Below the pieces are notes generated by a model, which ran no database searches, had not been told where the DNA came from, and saw nothing but the letters and a program-made list of their open reading frames with translations. DNA of 26,424 bases, taken from the IMG/VR virus record IMGVR_UViG_3300049215_000481, positions 142,857 through 169,280 of that record; one strand, given 5' to 3'. The stretch comes from a virus. Positions 8,441 through 16,195 of this stretch are shown one piece after another (positions within the stretch are counted from its first letter, which is position 1; each line of letters starts with the position of its first letter). Made by a program: the position numbers and the translations under genes.

Positions 8441-9508
8441 GTGGTACCACGCGGCAACCTCGCGTGGCTGAAGGACCGCACGATCTTCCTGACGAAGCAC
8501 GGCTCGCACGCGTACGGCACGAACACGCCGGAGTCCGACATCGACGTCAAGGGCATCGCCATCCCGCCCAGGAAGTACTTCCTCGGCTTCCTGGAGAGGT
8601 TCGAGCAGGCCGACAAGGGCAACGCGATCGACGCGGTCATCTACAACGTCCAGAAGTTCTTCGACCTCGCGGCCGACTGCAACCCCAACATCATCGAGGT
8701 CCTCTTCACGGACCAGTCGGACTGGCTCGTCACCGACCGCCAGCGCTGGGAGTGGGACGGGTACGGCTTCGAGCGCTCGCCCTGGGGCCGCATCTACGCG
8801 GCCCGCAACGAGTTCCTCTCGCAGAACGCCAAGTACCGCTTCTCGGGCTACGCGTTCGGCCAGCTCAAGCGCATCAAGACCCACCGCGCGTGGCTCCTGA
8901 ACCCGCCCAAGAAGCAGCCGTCGCGCACCGACTTCGGCCTGCCGAAGGACGAGCCCACCATCGGCAAGGAGCAGCTCGGCGTCATCGAGGCGCGCGTCCG
9001 CAAGCTGTCGGACAAGCTCGCCGGTGAGGGCTGGACCCGCGACCGCATCGACGAGAACGCCGAGGCCATCGTCACGCAGGTGGCGAGTGAGGTGAACCTC
9101 GCCTCGGAGGTCATCCCCATCATCATCGCGGAGCGCAAGTACCACGCGGCGATGAAGCACTGGCACGGGTATCTGAAGTGGGACAGGGAGCGCAACGACA
9201 AGCGGCGCGAGCTGGAGGCGAAGTACGGGTACGACACCAAGCACGCCATGCACCTCGTCCGCCTCATGCGGATGGCCGAGGAGATCATGCGCCGTGGTGA
9301 GGCGATCGTCCGCAGGCCCGACGCCGACGAGCTGAACGCCGTCCGCCACGGGCAGTGGAAGTTCGACGACCTGCTGCAGTGGGCGCAGGACAAGGAGAAG
9401 GCGATCCTCGCCATCAAGGGCTCGCCGTTGCCGTACGAGCCCGATCGCGCGGCTCTCGACGCCCTGCTCGTCGACATCGTCAGCGACTACCTCGCCTGCA
9501 ACGGCTGA
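8441..9508 (+). CDS. Pol-beta superfamily nucleotidyltransferase, RlaP/YcgL (T4 NrdC.11-like) family; true start may be ATG 8421 with a frame break near 8450
   Basis: GSHAYGTNTPESDIDVKG (GS...DxD), NPNIIEVLF, GYAFGQL, GYDTKHAMHLVRL, LPYEPD. Confidence 0.85.
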   Translation: MVPRGNLAWLKDRTIFLTKHGSHAYGTNTPESDIDVKGIAIPPRKYFLGFLERFEQADKGNAIDAVIYNVQKFFDLAADCNPNIIEVLFTDQSDWLVTDRQRWEWDGYGFERSPWGRIYAARNEFLSQNAKYRFSGYAFGQLKRIKTHRAWLLNPPKKQPSRTDFGLPKDEPTIGKEQLGVIEARVRKLSDKLAGEGWTRDRIDENAEAIVTQVASEVNLASEVIPIIIAERKYHAAMKHWHGYLKWDRERNDKRRELEAKYGYDTKHAMHLVRLMRMAEEIMRRGEAIVRRPDADELNAVRHGQWKFDDLLQWAQDKEKAILAIKGSPLPYEPDRAALDALLVDIVSDYLACNG

Positions 9509-9516
9509 TTCGCTAT
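9509..9516 (+). promoter_or_regulatory. class A promoter motif TTCGCTAT upstream of the tmRNA
   Basis: abuts the upstream TGA; predicted +1 at G9526; no ATG follows at that position. Confidence 0.7.
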
Positions 9517-9538
9517 TAGACCTCTGGAAGGCAAGAGA

Positions 9539-9547
9539 CCTAATCTT
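9539..9547 (+). promoter_or_regulatory. class B-like variant CCTAATCTT upstream of the tmRNA
   Basis: shares AATCTT with the class B motif; intergenic. Confidence 0.4.
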
Positions 9548-9599
9548 GGAGGAGCGATCAAGAAGACGAAGAGATGAGCATCGTTCGCAAGTAGTACAT

Positions 9600-10002
9600 G
9601 GGGCCGATACGGCTTCGATTCGGGGAGAAGAAGATCGAGAGCGTGCCGTGGTTGGTCAGCAGGCCACGTAAAAAGCCGACCAAAAAAGAAAAGCGAAGAA
9701 CGAAGAGTTCGACGTCCCGTTCGACCTAATCGTCGCCAACGGGTTCGGTGTCGGCCACGGCGTTCGCGCCCTGGCCTAAAGCCGAGACCAGCGAGTAGGT
9801 GCTCCCGGTACCTCGCTGGCACAACAACAGGGAGACCACTGGCCGCTCGGTGCGGCTCGTTCTCGGACGTAAACCGAGTGGTGGAGGGCCGGTGAAAACC
9901 GTTGTGGGGTCCCAGTCCCCTCGCCCCCGTAAGACATGGGAACGCACGTAGCGCTTGTTCGACGACGACCTGAAGACCGGGGTTCGACTCCCCGCGGCTC
10001 CA
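9600..10002 (+). ncRNA. ssrA: tmRNA (one-piece); tag frame 9693..9779
   Basis: 5' GGGGCCGATACGGCTTCGA; 3' GACCGGGGTTCGACTCCCCGCGGCTCCA; acceptor GGGGCCG/CGGCTCC with G3:U70 and A73; pk1 pairings CGTGG/CCACG and TTGGTC/GACCAA; tag AKNEEFDVPFDLIVANGFGVGHGVRALA*; CCA not encoded. Confidence 0.93.
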
Positions 10003-10008
10003 CAAACG

Positions 10009-10080
10009 GCTCGTGTAGCTCAATTGGACAGAGCATCGCCCCACAAGGGCGAGGTTGGGGTTCGAGTCCCTCCACGGGCC
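10009..10080 (+). tRNA. atypical tRNA or tRNA-like gene: Arg-like body, nominal anticodon ACA, possibly pseudo
   Basis: acceptor GCTCGTG/CACGGGC, D-arm GCTC-AATTGGACA-GAGC, anticodon arm TCGCC-CCACAAG-GGCGA, T-loop TTCGAGT; C33, T-stem/variable region one nt short, no CCA. Confidence 0.75.
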
Positions 10081-10112
10081 CTGAGACTAATCCACAGGAG
10101 AACCCACCGCAG

Positions 10113-10526
10113 ATGCCCACGCTGAAGTACGAGAACGAGTTCACCGTCCGCGACGTCGGGGAGACCACCGGCACCAGCTACGCCGGCAAGTTCAAGGTCA
10201 AGACGCGGCTCAGCCACCGCGACCGCCTGAACATCGACAACCTGCGCCGGCAGCTCCTGGGCCCCGTGCCCGAGGGCAACATGCCCAGCGAGCGCGCCAT
10301 CAACACGGCGGAGATCTTCTCGCAGCTCGGCTTTCGCATCATCGAGGCGCCGTCGTGGTGGACCTCCGCCGACAACGGCCTCGGCCTCGACGACGACAAC
10401 ATCGTCGGCAAGGTCTACAACGCGGCCCTCAAGGCCGAGTCCGACGAGATCAAAAAGGTCCAGGGCGACGGCGAGCAGGCCAAGACCGACCTGGAGCAGG
10501 ACGCGAAGGCCACCCCCGCGGAGTAG
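10113..10526 (+). CDS. hypothetical protein, possible tail assembly chaperone
   Basis: ATG 10113 after AGGAG; 137 aa, acidic; upstream of the tape measure (positional inference). Confidence 0.55.
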   Translation: MPTLKYENEFTVRDVGETTGTSYAGKFKVKTRLSHRDRLNIDNLRRQLLGPVPEGNMPSERAINTAEIFSQLGFRIIEAPSWWTSADNGLGLDDDNIVGKVYNAALKAESDEIKKVQGDGEQAKTDLEQDAKATPAE

Positions 10527-10529
10527 CAC

Positions 10530-10871
10530 ATGCCCACGTACACAGCTCGGTCGGTGATCAACCCCATCTATCCCGGAGTCGCCGGCCACAACTTGAAGGC
10601 GGTCGACCCAGCCACTGGCGAGTCCATCGGGCCTGCATGGGCCGACACCGAATGGGGCATGCTGAAGGTGTACGTCATGAAGCCCGACCTGCCGAACGGA
10701 GTCAGGCGGGTCGAAATCGAGCACTACGGCATCAAGGGGCGCGAGGAGCGCGGATTGAAGGCCGTGTACGTGCAGCGCGACTTCGACCTCGTCGACCGCC
10801 GCGACGGCAAGGTCTACCACCGCATCCGCGTCACCAACGGCTTCGTCCGAGATCTCGGCCCCGTCAAGTAG
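10530..10871 (+). CDS. hypothetical protein (113 aa)
   Basis: GC3-rich ORF 3 nt after the previous stop. Confidence 0.7.
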   Translation: MPTYTARSVINPIYPGVAGHNLKAVDPATGESIGPAWADTEWGMLKVYVMKPDLPNGVRRVEIEHYGIKGREERGLKAVYVQRDFDLVDRRDGKVYHRIRVTNGFVRDLGPVK

Positions 10872-10877
10872 ACGTCG

Positions 10878-10973
10878 ATGCGCTGGCTGCTCAACCCGCT
10901 CGCGCTGAAGATCGCCCTCCTGTTCTTCTGCGTGGTCTGCGTCGGGTACCTGCTTCGAGACAAGGGGCACTGA
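10878..10973 (+). CDS. small membrane peptide (31 aa), not in the ORF track
   Basis: MRWLLNPLALKIALLFFCVVCVGYLLRDKGH; its TGA directly abuts GTG 10974. Confidence 0.55.
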   Translation: MRWLLNPLALKIALLFFCVVCVGYLLRDKGH

Positions 10974-11510
10974 GTGGACATCTTCGAGGCCGTCAAGTGG
11001 GCGGCCCTTCGGAACGTCCACTTCTACAGGCAGGGCAGGGACACCAGCCCGGAGTACAAGCTGCGGAAGATCTTCCGCTGGTACTCCACGACCTTCCACA
11101 CGCCTCTCCACGAGGTTGACGACCTGCCGCTCGTCGACGTGCTGCAGGCCTACTGGGAGCAGAAGCTCGAAGACGCTGAGGACATCCAAGACGAGATCGA
11201 CGCGATGCTGGAGTCGCCAGACGACCTGAAGCAGCGCCAGATCGAAGAGGACATGGCCGACGCGGACACCTGGGAGATCGCCCAGGAGGAGCTGGCGGCC
11301 GAGGCGGAGCGCGCGAAGGAGGCGCTCAAGAAGAAGTCGGAGACGCCCATCGCACCAGCAGTGCGGCATTCGAAGCCCGGCGCGGAGCCGGTGCTGGCCA
11401 TGCAGCCCACTGTCGCGAAGGCGCCCGAGATCAAGATGACGTTCCTGCCAGAAGACGAAGACCTCGACCTCGAAAAGGACGGCTTCGGGCTGCTCGACAA
11501 GCCCGCGTAA
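10974..11510 (+). CDS. hypothetical protein, possible second tail chaperone-like protein
   Basis: 178 aa with acidic helical C-terminus; position before the tape measure. Confidence 0.55.
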   Translation: MDIFEAVKWAALRNVHFYRQGRDTSPEYKLRKIFRWYSTTFHTPLHEVDDLPLVDVLQAYWEQKLEDAEDIQDEIDAMLESPDDLKQRQIEEDMADADTWEIAQEELAAEAERAKEALKKKSETPIAPAVRHSKPGAEPVLAMQPTVAKAPEIKMTFLPEDEDLDLEKDGFGLLDKPA

Positions 11511-11524
11511 CGGAGAGGGGTGTC

Positions 11525-11932
11525 ATGCAGATCATCGCCGACGGAATCGACTGTACAAGCAACCCGCCTCACTGGTTCAAAGACGCCCAGCGTGTGATCG
11601 GTGAGAGCAGCGTTGACGTGCGCGCCCTCAGCTTCACGAAGGACCGGCGCGGTCCCATCTTCCACCCGCGTGGTGACGTCACGATGAACACCATCGTGGG
11701 CCACGGGGTCGAGATCTACTGGGTCGACGACAACGGCGATCGTTCGTTCAAGCGCCAGGTCTTGACCGCGGACGAGGTGGTGCTCATCGAGGAGATCGTC
11801 ATCCAGACCGTTCTTCACTTCGCCGACCTCGACTGGATCGAGATTCGGCCGAAGCCCGAAGACGATGAGGAGCGGGAGCGCCGTCGGAAGGTGTACGAGA
11901 GCATCGCGACGAACGAGCCCGGCCTGGGATGA
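11525..11932 (+). CDS. hypothetical protein (135 aa)
   Basis: GGAGAGGGG SD; ATGA-coupled to the next gene. Confidence 0.7.
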   Translation: MQIIADGIDCTSNPPHWFKDAQRVIGESSVDVRALSFTKDRRGPIFHPRGDVTMNTIVGHGVEIYWVDDNGDRSFKRQVLTADEVVLIEEIVIQTVLHFADLDWIEIRPKPEDDEERERRRKVYESIATNEPGLG

Positions 11933-12312
11933 CGCCGCAGCAGCAACTGCAGAAGCTCATGGACGACAAGTCATTCGACCTCGTCCAGGTGAACAAGTTC
12001 GGGCACGGCGTCCACTACGAGTTCAAGGGGCAGGTCCGCGAGACCCCGCAGGCCAGGAAGCACGACGTCTTCAACATCACCATCTACGACCAGAAGGCGG
12101 AGGAGTACCTGCGCCGGCCTCAGTGGTACGAGGACAAGGCGTCGAAGGTGACGAGGACCGAGCAGAAGTTCCTCTGCGTGAACGGCCCCCTGCAGGGGCA
12201 GAGCGTGGTCGAGTGCGAGGCCGAGGGCTACTCGCGGTTCAACCGCAGTACGTGGTCGAGTCGGCGCGGCGGGGCCAAGCCGGTCCGCGTCGTCCTGGTC
12301 CACGGAGTCTAG
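11929..12312 (+). CDS. hypothetical protein (127 aa)
   Basis: ATGA overlap; GC3-rich. Confidence 0.7.
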   Translation: MTPQQQLQKLMDDKSFDLVQVNKFGHGVHYEFKGQVRETPQARKHDVFNITIYDQKAEEYLRRPQWYEDKASKVTRTEQKFLCVNGPLQGQSVVECEAEGYSRFNRSTWSSRRGGAKPVRVVLVHGV

Positions 12313-12317
12313 ACGGC

Positions 12318-12326
12318 CGCAATCTT
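12318..12326 (+). promoter_or_regulatory. class B promoter motif CGCAATCTT
   Basis: 6 nt to GTG 12333. Confidence 0.7.
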
Positions 12327-12332
12327 CTAAAC

Positions 12333-13040
12333 GTGGAGCCTCGCTTCCTCATCTACGCCTTGGTCGACCCTCGGTCGGCTCAGTGGCGGTACATCGGCAT
12401 GAGCACGAGAGGGCTTCATCGCCCCCGGCAGCACGGCCTCGGATGGAACCTGAGGCGGGCGGGCAACTCGCACAAGGCAAACTGGATCAGGCAGCTTCAA
12501 GCCCTCGGCCTTCGGTACGAGATCGAGGTGCTCGAAGAGTTCGCGACCGCCGAGCGCCTGTACGAGAGCGAGCAGGAGTGGATTGCGGCGGCCCGTGCTG
12601 CTGGCTGTGACCTGACGAACAAGTCCGACGGTGGTCCCGGTCCGCTCGGTGTGAAGTACGACGCAGACGTCATTGAGCGAATGAGCGCTGCACAGAAGCG
12701 GCGCTACCACAGTCCTGGATCGATTCATCCGAGACGGGGGAGGACTCACACGCCGGAAGCTCGCGCTGCAATCGCTGCTGGTCACCGCGGTAGGAAGCTC
12801 GCGTCAGAGCACCGGGCGAAGATTGGAGATGCGGTTCGCGGTCAGAAACGCACGGAACAGCAGCGAGCCGCGCTCTCGAAGAAGCGAGGCGGTCGGCCCT
12901 TTAAGGACGAGAGAGGGAACGTCTACTTCTCCGCTCCGCAGGCTGCAGAGGCGCTCGGCATTTCGAACAGTGGAATCTGGAACGTTTTGCACGGCAATTA
13001 TCGCCAGTATCGCGGCCACACCTTTACGTTTTTGGACTAG
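12333..13040 (+). CDS. free-standing GIY-YIG homing endonuclease with NUMOD3-like repeats and a C-terminal HTH
   Basis: LIYALVDPRSAQWRYIG, EQEWI, LTNKSDGG, HTPEARAAIAAGHRG / HRAKIGDAVRG repeats, YFSAPQAAEALGIS; atypical codon usage. Confidence 0.85.
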   Translation: MEPRFLIYALVDPRSAQWRYIGMSTRGLHRPRQHGLGWNLRRAGNSHKANWIRQLQALGLRYEIEVLEEFATAERLYESEQEWIAAARAAGCDLTNKSDGGPGPLGVKYDADVIERMSAAQKRRYHSPGSIHPRRGRTHTPEARAAIAAGHRGRKLASEHRAKIGDAVRGQKRTEQQRAALSKKRGGRPFKDERGNVYFSAPQAAEALGISNSGIWNVLHGNYRQYRGHTFTFLD

Positions 13041-13043
13041 CCT

Positions 13044-15695
13044 ATGCCCTCGAAAGATATCAAGTTTACCGTAGGTATAGACGAAACTAGCGCGGCAAAA
13101 ACCAAGCGAATCATCGCCGAGATCACCCAGGAGGTGAATCGGCTCGTCCAGGCCACCCACCAGGTCAACCTCGGCTTCGGCGGAGGGGGCGGCGGTGGTG
13201 GCTTCGGCGCGAAGGTCGGTGCCTTCTCGGGCGGCAAGGGCAGCGGCCCCGGCCAGATCGGGACCCGCATGGCCCAGGCCGGCGGCGGCCTGACGGACAA
13301 TCTCGCCCGCGCGGTCCAGAACTCGGCGGCCCTCTTCAAGGGGGCGGCGTCAGGCTCGAAGGACGCCTTCAAGGTCATGTCTGACAGCCTGAAGAGGCAC
13401 GTCGACGACAGCAGCCGCGAGATCGGGCGCCTGGAGAGTTCGCTCGCGAAGCTGGAGCGCCAGTACGACCGGCTCAAGACGCGGCAGGCATCAGGGCTCG
13501 GCGGGAAGCTCACCAGTAACGCAATGGAGCAGGCGCAGGGCGAGTACTACTCGACCCTCGGTCAGCTCGACCGCGCCCGCTCGGGTCGCGACAAGTTCAT
13601 CAAGGCGCAGGAGTCGATCGAGGCAGAGGGCGACTCGCGCGGCCACAACGGCCCGTTCGCTCGCGCCCGCGGCTACTTCAGGGAGCTGGGCGGCGAGATC
13701 AAGCAGGTCGGCGGCGGCATCGCTCAGCAGATGGGCCTCCCGTCCGGCGTGCTGAACGGCAAGATCGGCGTCCTCGGCGTCCTCGGCGCCATCGCCGCAG
13801 GTGCAGCGGCAGTCGCGGCCACTGGTCGCGAGAACAAGATGGCGAACATCCAGTACGGCATCGACGAGCCGTTCTTCCAGATGAACGCCCGCGCGACGGC
13901 GGGCTCGATCTACGGCGGCAACGCGCTCGCCATCCACCACGGCGACCTCGCTCGCGTCATCGCGATGGCCCGGCTCGCGCAGAGCCCCGACATGCAGACG
14001 CTGGCCTCGCCCGAGTATGGCCAGCTCCTAACGATGCGGCGTGCGCTGACGAATCCCGACTCGCTCATCGACAACATGAAGAGCGACGGCATCGAGGGCG
14101 GGCTCAGCTTCCTCGGTTCGAAGGCGGGCAGCCTCGTCGCCCGCCTGTTCGGCGGTGACAACAAGCTCATCGGCACCACCGACGTGAAGTCCCTCGCTCT
14201 GATGCGGGCGAAGCAGCAGGAGCAGGCGCTCGGCATCGAGAACTACCAGAAGGCTCTCGACGCGAAGATGGCCGAGGACCCGATGTTCAACGATCGCGCG
14301 AACCGCCTGTACCAGGGCGCGATCGGCGAGATGGGTCTGTCGCGCGCCGCGCACATCTCGGGCGGTCTCCAGATGGTGAAGGTGGGGAACGGGCGCATCC
14401 CCATCGACTCCGTCCGCATGCTGCAGGCGAAGGCTCTCACCGCGGGCTACAGCGACTCGGAGTACGTCGGTTCGATGCAGGAGCTGTCCGGCGCGGCCGG
14501 CATGGGCTTCTTCGGCTACGGCCCGTCGATCCTCGGCGCGAAGGCCGGCGGCCTCCACAACGCAGCGTCGATCTTCGGCGCCGGTGCCCAGTTCGGCGGC
14601 GGCGGTGCAGACGCAGCTCGCAGGTTCCTCGGCCGCGGGTTCGGCAAGGCGCCGGGCTTCGGCATCCAGGGCATGATCGGTCGAGGTGGGCTCGACATCA
14701 CGGCCGGCGTGCAGGTGGCGAACCTCGGCATGGGCCTGATGAACTCCGGCCAGTTCATGGGCAGCGGGGCGCCCGGCAGTGGCCTGGGCATCATGCAGAC
14801 GCTGATGGAGGCGTCCTCGACGGGCACCACCGGCGGCGACATGCGGATGGCGAACGTCGTACAGGCCGGCGTCGGCGCGCTCGGCAATATGATGTCTGGC
14901 GGCATCGACCCGCTGCAGAAGGCGATGAACGCGTCCGCAGCGCTGCAGGCAGCGCCCGGCGGCTCGGTCATGCTGAAGGACGCGCTCATGCGCATGGACC
15001 CAGCCCAGATGATGGAGTTCATGCGCACCAAGCAGGTGCCGCCTGAGCTGGCGAGCGTCGGCGTCACCCCGCAAATCATGGAGAAGTACATCGCCGCGCA
15101 GAACCGCACGGCGTTCGCGCGAGTGACCTCGTCCATGACCGGCGGAGGCTCGTCGGCGACGGGCGCCGCCATGGAGCGCTACCGCAAGGCAGGCGGCCTC
15201 GGCTACCTCAAGGGCTCCAGCCGCAAGGCCGTCGAGGCGGAGCTGCAGGCTCTCGCACCTGGCGCCGTGTTCGCCGGCCTCGCGAAGGACAACACCGGCG
15301 GCCTCGGCTACATGCGCGCTCTCGCCGCGAGCGCCGGGCTCCTCGGCCCGCTCCGCGGTCGCGGTGCCGGCGACTCGGTCAGCAGGACCTCGGCGCGCGG
15401 CGCTGCTACGGGTGCTCAGGCAATCGAGGCTGTGCAGGAGGGCGTCGCGCTGGGCGAGGACGACAAGATCCTCAAGACCGGCGCGAACCTGCTCCCGCAC
15501 ATGAGGAAGCAGCTCGAAGACAAGCGAGAGGGCGCGATGCGAGCGCTCTCCTCCGGCAACCCCGAGTTCGCCATCCGCACGCTGGAGCAGGACCTCACCG
15601 CGTTCGTCACCTCGCTCAAGGCGATGGTGCAGGGCTCGTACCTCGGCACGCGGCCCGGACCGAAGGACACCTCGGTCAAGGTCGGGGGGAAGTAG
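13044..15695 (+). CDS. putative tail tape measure protein
   Basis: 883 aa, G/A/M-rich with an N-terminal coiled coil; upstream of hub- and spike-like genes. Confidence 0.65.
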   Translation: MPSKDIKFTVGIDETSAAKTKRIIAEITQEVNRLVQATHQVNLGFGGGGGGGGFGAKVGAFSGGKGSGPGQIGTRMAQAGGGLTDNLARAVQNSAALFKGAASGSKDAFKVMSDSLKRHVDDSSREIGRLESSLAKLERQYDRLKTRQASGLGGKLTSNAMEQAQGEYYSTLGQLDRARSGRDKFIKAQESIEAEGDSRGHNGPFARARGYFRELGGEIKQVGGGIAQQMGLPSGVLNGKIGVLGVLGAIAAGAAAVAATGRENKMANIQYGIDEPFFQMNARATAGSIYGGNALAIHHGDLARVIAMARLAQSPDMQTLASPEYGQLLTMRRALTNPDSLIDNMKSDGIEGGLSFLGSKAGSLVARLFGGDNKLIGTTDVKSLALMRAKQQEQALGIENYQKALDAKMAEDPMFNDRANRLYQGAIGEMGLSRAAHISGGLQMVKVGNGRIPIDSVRMLQAKALTAGYSDSEYVGSMQELSGAAGMGFFGYGPSILGAKAGGLHNAASIFGAGAQFGGGGADAARRFLGRGFGKAPGFGIQGMIGRGGLDITAGVQVANLGMGLMNSGQFMGSGAPGSGLGIMQTLMEASSTGTTGGDMRMANVVQAGVGALGNMMSGGIDPLQKAMNASAALQAAPGGSVMLKDALMRMDPAQMMEFMRTKQVPPELASVGVTPQIMEKYIAAQNRTAFARVTSSMTGGGSSATGAAMERYRKAGGLGYLKGSSRKAVEAELQALAPGAVFAGLAKDNTGGLGYMRALAASAGLLGPLRGRGAGDSVSRTSARGAATGAQAIEAVQEGVALGEDDKILKTGANLLPHMRKQLEDKREGAMRALSSGNPEFAIRTLEQDLTAFVTSLKAMVQGSYLGTRPGPKDTSVKVGGK

Positions 15696-16143
15696 CCGCC
15701 TGTCCTAGGATCTTCAGAATCCACTTGTGCTCGCTCACCTGCGAGCCCGGCTCAGCGACGAGCACCGTGAAGTCCTGGTGATAGAACGCGGCCAGCTCGT
15801 CGGCGATCTTCTGGACCTCGTCGACGCGCTCGTGGTCGCTTGAGATCGTCTCCGACGTGGACGGCGTCGTCACGGCACCGACCTCACCATCCTCCTTTCG
15901 GAGCACGATGAAGAGCGGCGACGACTCGCACGCCGCGCGCCTGTGCGCGTCGCCCATGAACCACACGAGGGCCACGTTCTCGCCGTCGAACTTGGTCATG
16001 CCTGTCTTCGCCCCTACGCCGACCTGGCACTTGCCGTAGGTGCCGACGTCGAGTCCGCCCGCGGTGCTCCACTTCAGCTTCATCTTCGCCCCGGCGGGAG
16101 CCGCCAGGGCTGTCACGACCAGGAACGCCAGGATGGTCTTCAT
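15676..16143 (-). CDS. exported hypothetical protein (moron-like, opposite strand)
   Basis: MKTILAFLVVTALAAPAGA signal peptide with AxA site; start 16143 or 16146. Confidence 0.7.
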   Translation of the reverse strand: MKTILAFLVVTALAAPAGAKMKLKWSTAGGLDVGTYGKCQVGVGAKTGMTKFDGENVALVWFMGDAHRRAACESSPLFIVLRKEDGEVGAVTTPSTSETISSDHERVDEVQKIADELAAFYHQDFTVLVAEPGSQVSEHKWILKILGQAATSPRP

Positions 16144-16149
16144 CATTCC

Positions 16150-16178
16150 ATGGTCCCGCGGCTGCAGGGCGCAGTCAA
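16150..16178 (-). promoter_or_regulatory. sigma70-like promoter
   Basis: TTGACT-17 nt-GACCAT-6 nt-ATG 16143. Confidence 0.5.
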
Positions 16179-16180
16179 GC

Positions 16181-16189
16181 CGCAATCTT
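16181..16189 (+). promoter_or_regulatory. class B promoter motif CGCAATCTT
   Basis: 6 nt to GTG 16196. Confidence 0.7.
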
Positions 16190-16195
16190 TAGCCG

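Noticed and set aside
9573-9596. Mini-ORF MSIVRK* just before the tmRNA
   Set aside because: Only six codons and not in promoter register; indistinguishable from chance.
9487-10174. ORFs 9487..10044, 9726..9947, 9776..10174 and the 5' extension 9936..10112
   Set aside because: They overlap the tmRNA and tRNA genes; the real CDS starts at ATG 10113 with an SD.
10449-10460. C AAA AAG as a tail-chaperone -1 frameshift site into the 10355..11119 frame
   Set aside because: Imperfect heptamer. The -1 frame is an Arg-rich shadow over two better ORFs and does not join the 10974 frame.
11865-12332. N-terminal extension of the GIY-YIG ORF
   Set aside because: It overlaps the 11929..12312 gene. GTG 12333 fits both the promoter register and the domain start.
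12318-13043. Group I intron around the GIY-YIG gene
   Set aside because: Flanking genes are intact and the intergenic gaps are only 20 and 3 nt, leaving no room for a ribozyme core.
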